This document shows positions 13,443 through 28,009 of a DNA stretch of 55,040 nucleotides, one piece after another (the stretch's first letter is position 1; the number at the start of each line of letters is the position of its first letter). The notes under the pieces are model-generated. The model was not told the DNA's origin and made no database searches. It saw nothing but the letters and a program-made list of their open reading frames with translations. This DNA is from Chromera velia. Lineage: Eukaryota. The DNA lies in assembly GCA_018398765.1 (NCBI GenBank), contig JAHBMJ010000165.1, positions 1 to 55,040 on the forward strand, written 5' to 3'. A program made the position numbers and the translations under genes.

Positions 13443-14015
13443 AAGGTTCTGGCAAAGCATGGAACTTGCTTCCAGGTTGGTTTTACGTCTACAACAGTGA
13501 ATGGAGCACAAGACTGACGACCATGAAACAGATACGGCAATCCAGATTCAGAGGGAGAGAGATCGAGAGAGAGAGGGAAAACAGGGGAGAAGAGAGACCT
13601 GTTGCATTCATATACGGACCTAATTATCGGTTGCGCTGCGGAATGCAGCCACAAAATTGCTCTGTGCGCAAATGGAGCGTCGACCCCGTCCTGTCCTCCG
13701 TCATCGATGCCCATCGCAAGTCGTTCTATACACCCCACGCCATCAAGAAAGGCCCCCCAGGCTATGAGCTTGCAGCAGTACGACACGAACGCAAGCAGGA
13801 TTGTGAAGATCATCGTGACCACAAACAGGGCCTGAAGCTCTGTCATCTCGTAAAATGAGATGCACTGCAAACAGACGACATCAAGGGTAGGCAGAGAGAC
13901 AGAAACACTCTCACAGTCAGGCACAAATCGATAAAAGGAGAGAGAAACACACTCTCGCACAAAGCATATCCCTCTCTGTTGTTCTCTCTCTCCTTCACAC
14001 CTATGCATTTGCACA

Positions 14016-14057
<42 letters not shown>

Positions 14058-14065
14058 ACACGCAC

Positions 14066-14100
<35 letters not shown>

Positions 14101-16709
14101 CACACACACACACGCACGCACGCACGCACGCACGCACACACACACTCACACACGCGCACACGCACACACACAAACGCGCAAACACGCAAACAGACAAACA
14201 CGCAAACACACAAACACGCAAACACGCAGGCACGGGCACGCATGAACACAAAGTACTGCAATTGATCCCTTTTTCTTCAACCAGCGCGGATGACGGGGGC
14301 TTGTTCCGACACTGAGACACAGAAGTGTTTTCACAGTCAACCAATCAACCCTGATGCAAACAGGACAGGTACGCAACAATCAAAAACTCCAAGCAATCAC
14401 TCAGCCAACCAACCGACCGCCCGGAGAAGCTTCTTTGCATCTACCTGAGATACACAAAGTAATTTCTGACTGACTGACCTGCACGAGGACCACCACAAGA
14501 GTGAAGGATCCAATGGCCCCCAGCTCGATGTTGTTCAGAACGTCTCGCTCCTGGGGGGAGAAGGGCCGAAGTCGGGCCTGGAGGAGAAGAAAAAAGACTG
14601 CCAGCATTGAGACCTGCAGGTAGGTAAGAATCCAAACATGCTGTCAAAGTGAAGAAGCGAACCCATCCGTGCTTGAGGCCACTCTTACAATCCGGACGCT
14701 GGAACGATCGCTGATACAGAGAAAAGAAATCAGTTGCATCAGGGGAAGACCGGCTTCTGCCCCTCCAGTGGGTGGGCCGACCTGCAGAATTCGGATGTCG
14801 GGATCTTCGCCGATGTAGAATGCTGCTCCGAGCTGAATGAGCAGTTTTCGGACCATGACCACCGTCTCCCAGTATATGAAATCATCGCGGTATCCCTGCA
14901 CGCAGTCACAGGACGGAATGGAGGGAGGGAGGGAGGGAGGGAGGGAATGAGGGAGGGGAGGAGAGAATTGCCAATACATAGACGAAAGAGGCCCAGGGCG
15001 AGGGGGTCGGACCTGTGTGTGCAGCCATCAAGCATTCGAATTCCACTGGAGCCTCCTTAGGCTGCCTTTCCCTCCTGAGTTTCAATAAAATGTTTCGGTG
15101 ACCGAGCCAATGAGTTTATGATTGGATGAATACATGAATGAATGGACGGAATGCAGGCAGAAGTCAGACAGGCAGGCAGGGAAAAAAAGGAAGGAAGGAA
15201 GGAAGGAAAGAAGGAAGGAACGAAAGACGAAAAGAAGGAAGAAAGGAAGGAGGGAATGAAGGAAAGAAGGAAGTGAAGAAGGAAAGGAGGAAGGAACGAA
15301 GGAGCGAAGAGGACAAACAACATCAGACAGAGAGACTAACTAACTGACTGACTGACTGACTGACTGACTGACTGATTGGCTGGCTGACTGACTGACTGAC
15401 TGACTAACTGACTGACTGACTGACTGACTGACCTGCAGGAGGAATCCGTATCGACGTCGAAAAATTGGTCTCCCGGTTCTGGCTTCGTTTTTCTTCAACG
15501 TTTTGATCCCCGTGATGACTCGAACCCCCAGCAGCAGTGGAACTAGAACTCCGACAAGAAAGATCGAGCCGAAGGCAAAAGGGAAGCACTGCTGGTACAA
15601 GGGTGAGTTACAGTCGACTGACGGTGCTGCATTCAGTCTGGAGGCCATGCCTCTTGAAAGAGGGCGACAACCCACCAGTTCGATCAAACTCTCAAGAATT
15701 CCTTCAAACATGAAGAAGTAAATCATGATGTAGACCGGAACTAGGTCTTCCATCAATCTAAATAAAATCAGTCGAAGCTTTGTCCAAAAGCAACGCGACC
15801 TCAATGGCATTCCCTCTTCGTCTGTTTTCGGTAATTTATAGCGAAAGAGCAGCAGTACTCTGCTTTTGTCGCATCTCCGCACTTCCTGCGTGTGGAACAT
15901 CCGCCTCTGCCAAGGCTTCAAATGTACCCCAAGGATCGGATCTGCCACCTTATTTTCGCTTTCATAATTTTGAGTCTCCTTTTCCTCTCCCTCTGATGAT
16001 CTCGTCTGTCCAGACGCAAATCCGAAGTCCCAGGCTGACATTGCGAGGACGACCAGGAAACCCACAATTGTGAAGCAGAAAATGCTACTCAAAGGAAGCA
16101 ACAAGGTGGCAAAGTGCCTGGCAAAAAAGGACGCCTGAGGATCCTCGATCCCTCGGGACCTCAACGAATCCTGCAGGCAGCAGGCAAGCGCGCACGTCTG
16201 TGTGTGTCTGAGCTCATCAGTGGTCTTTGTATTTGCAAATAAAATCACTACGGGATGCCGTACTAAAAATTACGGACAAGTGAAATGGAGAACAAGAAGA
16301 GAAAGGGAGGACGCGAGGAGAGGGGAAGGGAAAAAAGGAAATCGGAATAAAGATCGGTCGGAATGAGTTGACAGGAAAGAATACCCAAGAAAAAATATCG
16401 CCAGAAAAAATAGAAGCAGAAAAAAGGAGGGAGTTAAAGCTGAAGCATATGCATGAGGAAACGCACAAAGATGAGCACACGAAGTGAGGAAACACCGCCT
16501 TTAGTTGTCATTCATTTCACTCCCAGATAGATCGATAGACAGACGTACGTGTACTGCACAGTCCAGTCTGACGATGTCCGACACGGTCGGGATCCAGTCG
16601 ACAGGAACTAGCGCTGACAAGTCCGCCCAGGTGGGAAGTTGCGTTTTTGATAGCTGAAAGTTCTGGAGAACTGACAGAAGACTGATGAAGTTGAAGAGAG
16701 ACCTGGACA

Positions 16710-16770
<61 letters not shown>

Positions 16771-17419
16771 GCGTTGGAGCAAAGAATCTTGCCGACACTG
16801 AGACAAAAGAGCAAGCGCACACGTAGATAGGCAGGGAGGCAGATATTTAGTCAGAAAGAGGAGCAGGTTTTCAGAAGAAAACAAATGAAGACGGGGACCA
16901 ACACAAACCATCGTGACAGCCACTTCTTGGGATTGGCCTGGAGCCAATGAGATGGGAAAGCAGCGAGGCGGACAAGCACATTCGAGTGTGAGTTAAATGA
17001 TACAGACAGACGAGACGAGAATTCTCTTACAGGCCGACTAGCAGACCACAAAATTTGCTGCTTGCAGTAGAAGAGCCTTGCTCTCTGAATTGCTGACATA
17101 CCGAGCAACACACTTTCAGACAGACAGACAGACAGACAGACAGGCAGACAGACTATATCGTCTTTTCTTTCCCTTTTTCTCCTTCTTCATTCTCTTCTGT
17201 TCACAGACAGACAGACAGACCGACAGACAGACAGACAGACAGGCAGGCAGGCAGGCAGACAGACAGACAGAACAGACAGGCAGGCAGACAGACAGACAGA
17301 CAGACAGACAGGCAGGCAGGCAGGCAGGCAGACAGGTAGACAGGCAGACAGGCAGGCAGGCAGGCAGACAGACAGACAGACAGAACAGACAGGCAGGCAG
17401 GCAGGCAGACAGACAGACA

Positions 17420-17481
<62 letters not shown>

Positions 17482-19358
17482 TAGGCAAGAAAGGCAGACT
17501 ACCGATTCCCACCTGATAAGTACAAGCCACGTCCGCTCTTGTTCGTCACTTTCTACTATGTTGAGCTGTGTGTAGATGGCTATGGCGATCTGGAGCACCA
17601 GGAAGAGCCCCACTGCTCTCAGCATGTTTGTCACTGGCTCTTCGCACACTTCGCAGTCGTCGCCCCATCTATAGAAATCGCACTCTTTGCAGAGAGGCTG
17701 CAGGATAAGGTGACGATGTAATATCGTGACAAACGTTCAAGCAGGTGCATTCATGATGAAAGTGCACACAGAGAGGAGAGACGGTACGTGCAGTGGTCCC
17801 TTTATTTGCACAACATTGCGTTCTTACCTTTTCCCTTTTCAGGGAGAGCAAGGGAGAGGAGGACTGAGGCGTTAAATAATCTAAGCCAAAGTTAAAAACA
17901 CGCTGGTGCAATAAATTTGAGAGCAGCTAAGAAGCGGACTTTTCTGGCTGTGATGAAAAAAAAACGCACTCTGCACGGGAAAAGATTTCCATTTCTTGAG
18001 GCGCACATACACGTTTACAATCTGATACGGCCTCTTGAGGGAATTTATCTTCGGTCGTTTCTCTTTGAAAACTTGCTGAGATGTATGCGGTAGGTGTCTC
18101 AATCGTACGTGAGCGAGTCTCTATAATGCGTTTGAGTAAATTATGTTTATCGTGATGACAAACTCCGACGAGCTCCTGCTTTTTTCTGACTGTCTGAAAG
18201 ACATGAATGGGACTGTCTGAAAGACATGAATGGGACTGTCTGAAAGACATGATTGGGACTGTCTGAAACACATGATTGGGACTGTCTGAAACACATGATT
18301 GGGACTGTCTGAACGACATGATTAGGACTGTCTGAACACATGATTGGGACTGTCTGAAAGACATGATTAGGACTGTCTGAAAGACATGATTAGGACTGTC
18401 TGAAACACATGATTAGGACTGTCTGAAACACATGATTAGGACTGTCTGAAAGACATGATTGGGACTGTCTGAAACAGATAATTAGGACTGTCTGAAACAC
18501 ATGATTAGGACTGTCTGAAAGACATGATTAGGACTGTCTGAAACACATGATTGGGACTGTCTGAAACACATGATTAGGACTGTCTGAAACACATGACTGG
18601 GGTCGACTGGACTGACTCCGTTGAATCCCTCCTCACATTCTGCGTATCCCCCCCCTTCTTGTTGATAAATTTCTTTCCTCTCAAAAGGAAAGCAGGAGCC
18701 CCTTCTTGGACAGTCAAGCACGATCGATTCCGGAAAACCTTGAATGAGACTGAAGCCCTCGTCTGGCACGGGTCTGGAGTGCCTGATGAGGGGGATCATC
18801 AAAGTTGGAGAAGAGGAGCTGTCAGGGCCTGCAGGCGGAAGTTGCTCGTGTGTCCATGTCCCCTCATCCACCAAGCGTCGAGAGACTGGGCCTGGGGTGG
18901 TCGTACTGCCACTCCTGTCACCTCCTCTCTCGCCACCGTCACATGTAGCATGTTCGGGACAGGGCCGGCATCTTCCTGCTTCCCAGAGGAAAAAGTTCGA
19001 TTCGTCCGCACCCTTCTCCACCTCAGGGACGAAGTAGAACCCCGATTTGCAAACGCATTGAGACGGGTGGAAAGATCCGCGTGCCGAATCAGCCTCCTGT
19101 ACGCAGGTCCGGCAGACTGCGGGGAACGATGCACTGCGCACAGCCATCTCGAGTCCCCTCAAGTCCTGCCAGAACCCAGAGCTGCATGCGAACACAAACC
19201 ACAAGAAGGGCAAGGACAAATTTCAGAAAGAAAGTCATGAGCAAGCATCCACAGTCATTGAGTCACGACGCTTTTCACAGTGCAACTTTAAACCCACGCA
19301 TGACAGAAACAGAAACAGAAACAGGAACAGGAACAGAAACAGAAACAGAAACAGACAG

Positions 19359-19390
<32 letters not shown>

Positions 19391-19392
19391 GC

Positions 19393-19423
<31 letters not shown>

Positions 19424-21481
19424 GAAAGAAAGAAAGAAAGAAAGAAAGAGAGGGAGAGAGAGGAAAACTAGACAGGAAGGAAAGGCCTCATGGGCCCAAA
19501 GAAACCAATAGAAGACTGACCAGACAAAAACGAAAAACAGGGAGAAAGAAAATAATCAAAGATGTACAGGAGACACATAACCGAGACGTCACCAGTCCCT
19601 TGCTCACCCGCAGATGCAAGGGCAGTCTTCGCAGTCTCTCGAAGCCCCAGAAGGGCAAGCCTCCAGTACGACGACGAAGGTGCACGTCGCTTTATTTCCA
19701 GACCGGTCAGTTGCACTCACATGCACCTCGTTGCCCCCAGGCCCCATCAGGGAGTTGTCAGGTGGATCGTACACGACTTGGATTTCGGCAGGTGGGTCCA
19801 CGTTGTCGAGAACGAGTGCTTTGGATGGATACGAAACGGTCATCTTGCCTTGGCCGATGTGCTTGATCCTGTAGTCGGCCGGGCAAAGAACCCGGGGTGC
19901 TTCACGATCTGTTTTTTTATGTTGGATGCAACGCCACAAGAGGAGTCAAGGAGCAGCATGAGGGCTTCCGCAACTTCATGCATTGAGAATGCGATGAAAA
20001 GTTTCATGACAGAGGCGCAGCTATTTGAGCAACTAGCAAGGGAACGAGTGAGGCGATGGTAGAAAAAGGGCAAAGGCAAAAACGAGAGGTAGAGCAAGAT
20101 GAGCGAGGTGAGAAGTTTCGTTGCGCCTCAACAGCTCTCATCGCTTCCGTGCAAATAAACTGACCGAGCACACGGAGTGTAAAAATGCACGTGGCCTGGT
20201 TGCCGGACGAGTCTGTTGCTGTCACTGTCACCTGAGTGTCGCCTGCTTGGGGCCTCATCGGGACAGAAGGTTGTCCAACGAGGGATCTTTCATCTGCCAT
20301 CCCTACCGCATCGGTTGCCTGAACATAATGAATGGTGGGAAAACCTCGTCCTCGTGCACTTAGCAGAATAAGAACGGCAAAATTTGACTCATCATCATGA
20401 TGTGCCTGATGGATAGATACAGACAGACTCTGAGGCATTCTTTTATGATGATGGAAGACCGGAGGCCGCCTACGAAAAGCATTCAATTCAAGTCTGAGAT
20501 GCTGCTGGTACCTCCTAGGGAGTACCACAACATCTGAATCAGATGGTATTATGAATATCTTCCACCTCATTCAATAGCCTTTTCAGATTCAGTTGGAAGC
20601 TATCAGATAGATAGACTTTGAAAGAACTACTTGACAAATCGACCGCTGCATGAATGGATTCATGCCATTGATCTGCCTTGACCACAAAGGTCTTTCTCTA
20701 CATAATGGTGTCGAGCTTTGTATCTTCCTTTGAAATCGTCTACATTCCCAATACAAAACAAAAGAAGCTGAACGCGACAAAGCACCGACCCAGCCGAAAA
20801 TGCATGAAAGAAAAAGCCCGTGCCCATGGGGGGGTATCCACTTCCCCTACCTACCTACCTACCTACCTCCCTGCCGGAGAAAATGGATAGGTGTGTGACC
20901 CTCAAAGAGCAGTACGAGCACAGAGCAGAGTCCAGCAAGGAGAAACGTACCTGAAGGGGGTACTGCTCCAGGAGCGCAAAGGAGGACCTGGGGAGAGCCT
21001 CAACTTCCACCGGGCTGGTCGGACAATCGATTGTGGGAGGTGTGGTGTCTGCATCAATCAGGTCAGGATGCAGCGAGCAAAGAACAGAAGGAGAAGGATG
21101 CCACACATACCAGTTCCCCGTCTGGCGACCCCGCTTGATCAATCCATTCAGAAATCTGTTCATCTACCAATTGACTTCCTGACGACTGCTTGACCAGATT
21201 ATCTGATACAACAGGACAATTTGTTGCGAAACAAAAACAACAGGAGTAGTAGCAGACCCGCATTCGAGCATGCGCCGTTTTTGACGAGCTTCAATCTAAG
21301 CTGTATTTGTTTGCGTTCAGGAGTCGATCTGTTCTGACATGGCAGACAGACTGTTGGCGTCGATCGTTCTTTCCGTCTCATGTGTTTTTCGTCTTATTTA
21401 CTCCTCTCTTTTTTCCTTCCCTCCTTTACTTGTGCCTCTTCTTATGGCAGGACAGACAGACCGTGGGAGAGAGTAATAGTC

Positions 21482-21513
<32 letters not shown>

Positions 21514-21557
21514 CGACAGACAGACTATATCGTCTTTTCTTCACTTCACAGACAGAC

Positions 21558-21592
<35 letters not shown>

Positions 21593-21645
21593 GAGACTAT
21601 ATCGTCTTTTCTTCACTTCACAGACAGACAGACAGACAGACAGAC

Positions 21646-21676
<31 letters not shown>

Positions 21677-24600
21677 TGGACAAGCAGACGGACGGACGGA
21701 CAGAGAGTGGGAGAGATAAGCATGCGAAGAGACAGGCAGAGAGATGGACAATGAACCAGGGGAGCAGAGCAGAGACACGATCGAATGAATGGACAGACAG
21801 AGAGACATGCAGACGAACACACCTCTGCAAATTGGAGGCCCGCTACTTGAGTAAGGGAACCAAATCGCCTTGCCTGCCCCGTTCCCCACACAGGCTTTGC
21901 TGCTGTCCCCCTGCAGTGCCTCATTTCCAAGACACCCAAAGCGGACGCTGTCTCCAGTAACCCAATTGGCACCGTTGGGAGGGGACGCTGGGCTCATCCA
22001 CCCAAGCTCAGGAACTGTTGGGGGGTCACCTTCACATGAAACCGCTGCAGTGAGACAAAAGAAGAGGCGGAGAGACACTGATCGACCAACGTGACAGGCT
22101 GTCAATTTGCAGTGCATGTATCCTTCTATGTGTCGGATCATGCCTTTTCCCGCTCAGATGCAGACCTTCTGTTGTCAGAAGTCATTGAAGTTTGTGTCGA
22201 AAGTCTTGCGGGAGTCTGCCGATGCCGAAGCGATTCAAAAGGGAAGACTCGCTCAGATTGTCTCCCATCACATCGCGCATGAGTCTCAGATTCTCTCCTT
22301 TCTAATATTCGCGTCTTGACTGACGTGCGCAGTAAGCGACGTGAGAAGGCCAGACGGATTCTGGTGGGACTGCATTCGCGACGCCCTCACAGGCAAGCTC
22401 GAGAACCCCGACTTGAATGTACCCTTCATTACATCTGCAATTGATTGATTTACGCATGCAGGCACGTTTTCTTTCGCGTACGTACACAATTTCTCATACT
22501 CGTTTCATCTTACATGTCCATCATACATGATACAACAACACATTCCATGAATCAAATAAATAATTTCACGATCCAGTCGGATCTCGCAAATGCACGCCCG
22601 CACGCAGTCGGCTGTCCAATTCACACGACACGACGCCGAGAATTTTGAAAAAAACCTGCAGACCCGCACCAGATCAACCACTTATTTCCTCGTGCAGTCA
22701 GGCGGTTGTACAGACCAGGCCGACCAGCAAGAGGAGCCGCCTCCGCGCATAATGATCATGATTGAAAGAGGGGAAAAGATGGACATACATGCACACAGGC
22801 GCGTACACACACATGCAGTGAGAGGGGGGGGAGGGTGGGAAAGAAACAAAGAAAGGAATGAAGAAAGAAGAAACCCACGAGAACGATACAGAGTCTCCAG
22901 CCTGCCAAAACACTCCGTTGGTCGGGTTTCCAGTCATCACACCTCCCTCAGGGACGACCGGAATCTGTCCGGTGCATTCCACAGCTGCACACGCACACCA
23001 TCATGGGAGGCAAAAGAGACTCAACTGCATTTCATGGCGCCAAAAATATCTACCCATACATAGCGCTCTCTCGAGAGACTGCCGCCATGACATGCTCTTT
23101 AATTACGACACGTCCTTTTGGATGATTGGAATCGCCAGCTTCTCTGTCCTTGCATCTATGCATTCATCTGGTCAGGACGCTCGGCTTTGCAAACAATGAT
23201 TTCGCGTTCCGCGTGCTTCTCGACTATAGCGTCGCCCTATTTGGATCGATGTTGCTTCAAAGGTCACTTTTGCTGTGTTGTACATTGACCTTCTCTCACA
23301 CTGCTGCAAGCGATGCATACTTCCCTGAACCCTACCTCCTCACTCTGCTCTGGCCCGTTCCGCTCTGACTGACGATTGCAGAGAAATGAGTGGGAGGGCC
23401 ACGCCGCGGTGGTCGGGCTCGTCCCCACGCAGGAGATTGCGGCCGGCCCTCCGTTGGTCTCCAGAGCAAATCCGGGGTCGCATACTACTTCGACACGACT
23501 GTCAGTGACGGCGTTCCGCATGGGGTTGGAGAAAACGAGCGCCCCATTCAAGGGGGCTGCTGGCTGATTTGAACAGACTTGGTCTGCATCAATTTGGTTG
23601 CATAGCGGAAAGCATAAATCTCTGTTCTGGGACTGGATGAAGCCGAAGAATAAGAAAACCTGGAGAGAACAAGAGGGCGAAAAGGAAAAACACTCGACAC
23701 GTTCGTGAGGCAAGAAGAGAAGAGAGAAGAGCAGAACGAGAAAGAAAGAGAAGGAACACAAGTAAGGCGAGAAAAAACCGTTTGGGGATCGAAAGCGAAA
23801 CGGAGAGGCACAAAAGAGATGAATCCCTTCCTCACCAACGAGAGCACAAATGCTGACCCTCGCAAATGCTTCCAACACCCGTTCGGTCTGTGTAACCCAA
23901 TTTGCAGGTGCACGTGTAGGAGCCAGCGGTGTCTGTGCAATCGGCAGTAAAGACAATGCCCAAGGGATCCAAGTCATCTCTCCGCCGAGCACAAAGATGG
24001 GCCCCTGTGGAACACTCATCAAACCCTGCAATGCAGCGGACCATGTGTGTGAAGAATCTTCACACACACACAGATAATGAAACCCGCAGCATGCGGGTGT
24101 TTCTGTATGTGTCTCGAGCAGGCTTTTTACGGTCGCAAAACAGTCGCATACGATGGCCGCGTTCGTCGCGACAGAAAAGTCCTTTTCTTTGATGAGAAAA
24201 GCAAGTTTGAGGCCCAGACGGAATTTGTAATTCTGATTCTACAGATGATCGGTCTCCTCGATCTGAGTTGAGTCGCTCACTGACAGCATTTGTCGGCTTC
24301 CAGAGTCCAGTTTCCCGGGCACTCGCATTTGCTCTCCATCAGCAGTCCGTAAGTTCCACTCGCCCCTCCATCCCCCGTCACTCGGCAGTCAAAGACCTCA
24401 AAGGGAGACGAAGGGGTGAACGACAGAGATGCCGCATCTGGCCTTAAGGAACAATCCGAGGCTCCGACATCCTGCAGACAGAGAAGGAGGCAGGCAGATG
24501 GGCAGGGAGACTTCAACTTTGCGAGCACGACTTGTTGGGGGGGCGGGTTTTCTGACGATCATTACATCACCCCCCAGATGGGAAGAAGAACGAGAAATGG

Positions 24601-27465
24601 ACTGCATGTCTCTCTGTGTGTCCATCTATGCATCTGTGTAGCTGTCTTATTTTCCCCGCCCTTCCTCCCTTTCGCTATCTCTCTGCCCGGTGATGCAGCA
24701 GGAAGAGAGGTAACCGACCGATGAGGTGCCAATGCATTCGTTGTCCGGCAGATTTGCAACGGAGAGTGCGGAGTCATAGTCTGTTTGTGAAGTACAGGTC
24801 GAGATGTGGAAGGTTCGGTTTGGCCTCTGTTGATTTCCCTCAAGGTACACGGCTGGTTGGGCAAACCTCTGGAGGGAGGCGGGCTCCGCTGGAAGGAAAT
24901 TGCAGAAGTCGGAGGGTTCCGTCAGGGCCGAGAGGGATGACACGGTTGAGCTTGTCTGACAGGGAAGTGTTCTTGTGGCTGCACGACCGATGCAGAGGAT
25001 GCATTTTCTTTCATACATTTTCTTTCATACATTATGCATGTTGAAGAATTCTGTATGAAAGAAAATGCATGCAGTGTTCTTGTGGCTGCACGACCGATGC
25101 AGAGGATGCATTTTCTTTCATACATTTTCTTTCATACATTATGCATGTTGAAGAATTCTGTATGAAAGAAAATGCATGCAGTGTTCTTGTGGCTGCACGA
25201 CCGATGCAGAGGATGCATTTTCTTTCATACATTTTCTTTCATACATTATGCATGTTGAAGAATTCTGTATGAAAGAAAATGCATGCAGTGTTCTTGTGGC
25301 TGCACAACCGATGCAGAAGACGTTGGGGAAGGTGGGAAGGCGGGAATACAAAACAGGATCAAGAAATAGAGGGGGGCAGAACCTCACCTAACGGACGGAC
25401 GGACGATGGTCTTCCTTTGTGTGAGAAGACAAACCTTCCAGGTTTTTCCTCAGTTGAGTGACACACTTACGTGCTTGCCATAATGCAGACACGGGCTTTT
25501 TGAAAGGGATGTGAAAGCAAAAGAAAGGAAAAACAAAAAGGTGCGTGCTGCCTAGTGTGTGAAGAACCATTTTGGCGCGTGTGCAAGCTTACCGAAGCAC
25601 TGTATGCCGTCTCCCCCAAAGCCGGCGTTGCAAGAACAAGAGAAGCTTCCCTCTTGGTTATAGCAGGATGAGTCGACATGGCAATTGTGGACATTCGTTT
25701 GACACTCGTCAATGTCTGCAGTCATTGAGAAGAAACGACATGCAACGGAAGAAAAAAAGGGGCAACGTGTTTGTGAATTTCTGTCTACTGCTGTTGGAAT
25801 CCTCCGAGCCGCTCGCAAATGACTTCAAAGTGGCAGAAGATCATGAGTGGGACGTGCAAGGGAAAACTTATGCACTGCGGGGTCGCTTTGTAGGTGGATT
25901 ACAATGTCCTCTGTGTGTTCAGTGGGCTACGCATGGTGTTGCAGCGTCTCCATTCATCTGTGAGAGTTCATAATTTTGCCGCTGAGACATGTGCAATGGT
26001 AGCGATGGAAAACTCTGGAGGTCTCCAAAGACCAACCGACCCACCCAAGCACGTATCTCCTCCATACCCAGAGCCGCAACTGCACACGAAACTTCCAGGT
26101 GTGTTGGTGCAGGTTCCTCCGGGAGACTCGCACGTGTGCAGAAGGAGCCCGCACTCGTCTGTGTCTGCAAATGGTCAAAGAAGAGCATGAAACTCAGATG
26201 ACGGGCCCAAGTTTTCCGTCGGCAACGAGTGCAGCTCCAAAAGCAGTTCTCTCATTTCTAAAAAAAAATCGTGACTTTTTGATTCCTTGCCATTTCGTTC
26301 CCCCGAAGCTTTCCCCATATATCCAAGGAAATGTCTGTTTCGTGTCCTCCCTTCCGTTTTGTCACGCCACTGGCAAAATCCTTTTTGTCTACTCCTCTGC
26401 CTCAACGAAGTGTGGCTACTCACTTACCCGCCCACCTCCCCGCCTACCTACCTGAACAGAAGTTTGCCCCGTACCCCGCAATGAAACCGGCGGTACAAAC
26501 ACATTCGAAGCTCCCGACGGAGTTCGAGCAGCTCGCCCCAAGATCAGACAGGCAATCGTCTATGCCCAGTGTGCATTCATCAGTATCTGCATTGAATTGG
26601 CACATGCATTCAGGGACAAACATCCGAATACATGGAGCAAGACTTCCTTCCGACGGCAGAAAAGATCCAGACCCCCCTACCGGCCCTCCAGGGGACCGGC
26701 AAAAAAGATAACGTAATGACGGCAGAAAAGATCCAGACCCCCCTACCGGCCCTCCAGGGGACCGGCAAAAAAGATAACGTAATGACGGCAATCGCAGGCG
26801 AAGAGAACAGCAGAAAGAGGGGAATTGAATGTGAAAGATAAGCAATCCACTAGGACAATGAACGTTTCCCTCCACATTTAGGATCTGAGGATGTAACAGT
26901 GGGAAGCGGGTCTGCTTGCATCTCTCTGGCGTCTTTTTTCGACGATGCGGAGACAGCTTTTGCTCTTTTTTCAGCCCCCTCCTCCTCCGAGTAATATTCA
27001 GCTGGCAGTGTATCTACCCACCGGAGCACGTCACGCCGTCTCCTGTGTACCCTCTCATACAAGCACACGTGAAGGTTCCCAGGGTGTTCGTGCACGTTGC
27101 CGTAGTTGGGGCACAGTTATGGCTGGAGGAACAGAAATCGTTAGAGACTGCAACAGGATCATGGGAAGGGAACGACAAGGAGTATGGTCGCGGCAGTCAG
27201 GCAGCACTCAGATGTTCTCTATAGATGCATGAGGCGAACAGATGCCTAAGCGAGAGTGAAACAAGGAACCATCAGAACACCATGCAGCGTTCTTCTGTAT
27301 TCAATCAAAGAATCCCAGCAGAAGAAACGCGTAGATCGAGGAATTGGAGGGCACCCAGTTGAAGAAGGAGACAGACAAACACAACAAAAGATATATCGAA
27401 AGAAAGATAAGTGGATGGAAGAGAACTCAGCTGCAGACGCATACACACAAACAAACACACACACA

Positions 27466-27520
<55 letters not shown>

Positions 27521-27544
27521 CAGAGACAGAGACAGAGACAGAGG

Positions 27545-27586
<42 letters not shown>

Positions 27587-27971
27587 CAAAGAGAAAGACA
27601 AAGAGAAAGAGAAAGAGAAAGAGGAAGAGAAAGCGAGAGAGAGCGAGAGAAAGAGAGAGAAAGAGAGAGAGGAGGAGGGAGGGGGAGAGGGAGAGAAGGG
27701 AAGGGGGCAGAGAAAGGATCTGAGAGGAGAGAAATTAGACACAGAAAAAGGGGGCAAGAAGGATCGACGGAAACGTAGACACAAACGCATTCCAAGAGAT
27801 TCTAACACACGCCTGACTCCCAGCCCCTCCAAACACACGAAGGAGAAAATGAGGCAGAGACAGCTTGACAGGTAACAAAAGCGGACCGACAGGATTCAAC
27901 GAGACAGAACACATGGGCACACACACACACACGCACACACACACACACACACGACGAGACAGAACACATGG

Positions 27972-28009
<38 letters not shown>

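Noticed and set aside
18189..18600. 23-bp repeat array and its MSFRQSQSC ORFs
   Set aside because: Head-to-tail minisatellite in an intron; the ORFs are repeat translations.
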